A stretch of 32,000 bases of DNA from Candidatus Saccharimonadota bacterium (GTDB lineage Bacteria > Bacillota_I > Bacilli_A > Mycoplasmatales > Hepatoplasmataceae), in assembly GCA_027925225.1 (NCBI GenBank), contig AP027131.1, positions 90,001 to 122,000 on the forward strand, given 5' to 3'. Under the pieces are notes generated by a model. That model searched no databases. It was not told the origin of the DNA and saw only the letters and a list, made by a program, of their open reading frames with translations. Below are positions 30,469 through 32,000 of the stretch, piece after piece. The translations under genes and the position numbers were made by a program. How positions within the stretch are numbered: position 1 is the stretch's first letter; each line of letters begins with the position of its first letter.

Positions 30469-31260
30469 ATGTGATCGTTTTTTAAATTACAAGCAAAAGT
30501 TAGATTCAAATCACCTGAATTAATTTTTCCAATTATATTTCCTTTGGTTCTTACACTTCTTTTTGGTTCATATTTTGAATCTGATTCTGAAGTAACAAGA
30601 GCATATGGAGCTTTAATTGCACTTTCGATAATGCAGGGCGGACTTTTTGGTATGGGATTTACTCTTATAGACACAAAAGAATCAGTTTTAATGAAAAGGG
30701 TTGGTGCAACAAGTATTACTAAGAGAGGCATATTAATTGGACTTATGATGGTTACACTTATCGTCATGTTAATTACATTGCTTTGACAAACAATATTATT
30801 TGCAATTTTTTCTGGCACAGGTATTTTTAATAATTATGATATGCAATGAGGGCAAATTGCATGAGGAGGATTTATTTTTGGAATAATAATTGGTGCAGCA
30901 TTAAGTTTATCAATTGGTATGTTTTTTGCAGTTGTATCAAAAGATCAAAATACATTTTCAACATATGCATTCTTATATTTCTTCGGAGCTGCTTTCCTTG
31001 GAGGTATGATGGTTCCAAATTCAGGAATTCCATGAACTCGTTATGTTGGTTATGTTTTCCCAAGTTCATGAAATGCTAATTTAATTATGGGAGCATCTTT
31101 AGGTGGCGATGTTTTCAACTTTGCTAATGGTTATGGTTCTACTGTGATTGTTGGAGCAGATTCAGTTCAGGGTTGAGAAGCAGCATATAATTGCTTTATG
31201 CCTATATTATTTATTCCTTTTATGTTTTATATTGATAATAAATTATTTAAAATAGATTAA
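30469..31260 (+). CDS. ABC-2-type transporter permease, paralogue of the preceding gene, 263 aa
   Basis: The N-terminus MWSFFKLQAKVRFKSPELIFPIIF parallels MFALYKLQAKIFLKGPTLIFLIVS of the upstream permease. Both share (V/I)LxKRxGAT. The frame is open through TGA codons to TAA 31258-31260. Confidence 0.8.
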
Positions 31261-31299
31261 TTAATTTAAATAATTTATATAAAATTACTTACCATTATT

Positions 31300-31305
31300 T
31301 ATAAT
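31300..31305 (+). promoter_or_regulatory. Candidate -10 box for the tRNA cluster
   Basis: Exact TATAAT 24 nt upstream of tRNA-Tyr. Confidence 0.35.
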
Positions 31306-31329
31306 AGTAATGCTGTAAGTAATTTTACT

Positions 31330-31415
31330 GGAGGGGTAGCGAAGTCTGGTTAAACGCGGATGACTGTAGATCATTTCCTTCGGGTTCGGGGGTTCGAATC
31401 CCTCTCCCTCCACCA
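31330..31415 (+). tRNA. tRNA-Tyr (GTA), long variable arm, CCA encoded
   Basis: Acceptor GGAGGGG/TCCCTCC. Anticodon arm GATGA-CTGTAGA-TCATT. T-loop TTCGAAT. 86 nt. Confidence 0.92.
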
Positions 31416-31419
31416 GTAT

Positions 31420-31494
31420 TGGCCCGTAGCCAAGAGGCAAGGCATCTGGTTTTGGTCCAGAAATTCGTAGGTTCGAGTCCTGCCGGGCCAGCCA
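31420..31494 (+). tRNA. tRNA-Gln (TTG), CCA encoded
   Basis: Acceptor TGGCCCG/CGGGCCA (U1-A72). Anticodon arm TCTGG-TTTTGGT-CCAGA. T-loop TTCGAGT. 75 nt. Confidence 0.92.
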
Positions 31495-31498
31495 ATAT

Positions 31499-31574
<76 letters not shown>

Positions 31575-31577
31575 TTA

Positions 31578-31663
31578 GCCCAGGTGGTGGAATGGTAGAC
31601 ACGAGGGACTTAAGCTCCCTTGGCAGTATTGCTGTGCGGGTTCAAGTCCCGCTCTGGGCACCA
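31578..31663 (+). tRNA. tRNA-Leu (TAA), long variable arm, CCA encoded
   Basis: Acceptor GCCCAGG/TCTGGGC. Anticodon arm AGGGA-CTTAAGC-TCCCT. T-loop TTCAAGT. 86 nt. Confidence 0.92.
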
Positions 31664-31667
31664 ATGA

Positions 31668-31712
31668 TTAGTTTAATTTTGCTTTTTTGTAATTATTAAA
31701 CTAATTTTTTTT
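31668..31712 (+). terminator. Intrinsic terminator after the tRNA cluster
   Basis: 10-bp perfect stem TTAGTTTAAT (31668-31677)/ATTAAACTAA (31695-31704) followed by T8. Confidence 0.6.
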
Positions 31713-31737
31713 ATATTTTTTTTATTATAATTTACTT

Positions 31738-32000
31738 ATGATACCTTTTTTAAATATGTCTGATCCAGATATGCAGAATCAAATTAGAAGAATGATGAAG
31801 ACATTTCGGACAAAGGCATCAATTAAATGAGCTTTAATTCTCATTCTTGGTGTGTTTCCAATGTTATTAGGATGAATTTTATTTGGCGGAGGAGATGGAA
31901 CAAATAAAATTTTTACAAGTGGAGATAATGGCAATCCTGTTATTGATATTGGTATGGGTTTCCAATGATTAGTTGCCTTATTAATAAGTGTTATGTCTTA
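31738..32000 (+). CDS. Hypothetical membrane protein, N-terminal part (3' end outside the window)
   Basis: ATG 31738. MIPFLNMSDPDMQNQIRRMMKTFRTKASIKWALILILGVFPMLLGWILFGGG... stays open through TGA codons to the window edge and contains a hydrophobic segment. Confidence 0.55.

Noticed and set aside
30429-31079. ORFs 30429..30818 (-), 30846..31079 (+) and 30872..31069 (-) within the second permease gene.
   Set aside because: These are out-of-frame or antisense to a continuous table-4 permease frame (30469..31260) that is paralogous to the upstream permease.

Overview
This is a very AT-rich Mollicutes-type chromosome segment read with translation table 4 (TGA = Trp). The supplied standard-code ORF track breaks every long conserved gene at TGA codons that sit where Trp is expected. 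After re-joining the fragments, the window reads as follows. The tuf 3' end is followed by a convergent hypothetical gene, tRNA-Cys and an orphan non-coding unit. Next comes the arginine deiminase operon arcA-arcB-arcD(YfcC/ArcD type)-arcC, a very AT-rich DUF3800-like gene, and a 570-bp structured non-coding region. A Bacillus-like conserved block follows: cysS-rlmB-sigH-position sigma factor-rpmG-secE-nusG-rplK-rplA-rplJ-rplL-rpoB-rpoC. After that come a hypothetical gene and sufS/sufU on the minus strand. A tightly packed six-gene plus-strand block then encodes two large aromatic-rich membrane-anchored proteins, a HIT protein, an ABC ATPase and two paralogous permeases. The window ends with a tRNA-Tyr-Gln-Lys-Leu cluster and the start of a membrane protein. 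I see no rRNA, CRISPR array, transposase, integrase or recognisable defence or toxin genes, and most of the window is ordinary core genome. The unusual material is non-coding. First, a 16-bp perfect GC-rich inverted repeat encloses 341 bp upstream of cysS, with interleaved and alternative helices and a GC-rich structured core. Second, an orphan promoter-to-terminator unit between tRNA-Cys and arcA carries a 16S-3'-end-like CACCUCCUU motif. Third, a degenerate ~55-65-nt motif is shared by these two loci in inverted orientation, so that it brackets the arc operon plus the DUF3800 gene. Functional readings of these elements are hypotheses, not demonstrated.
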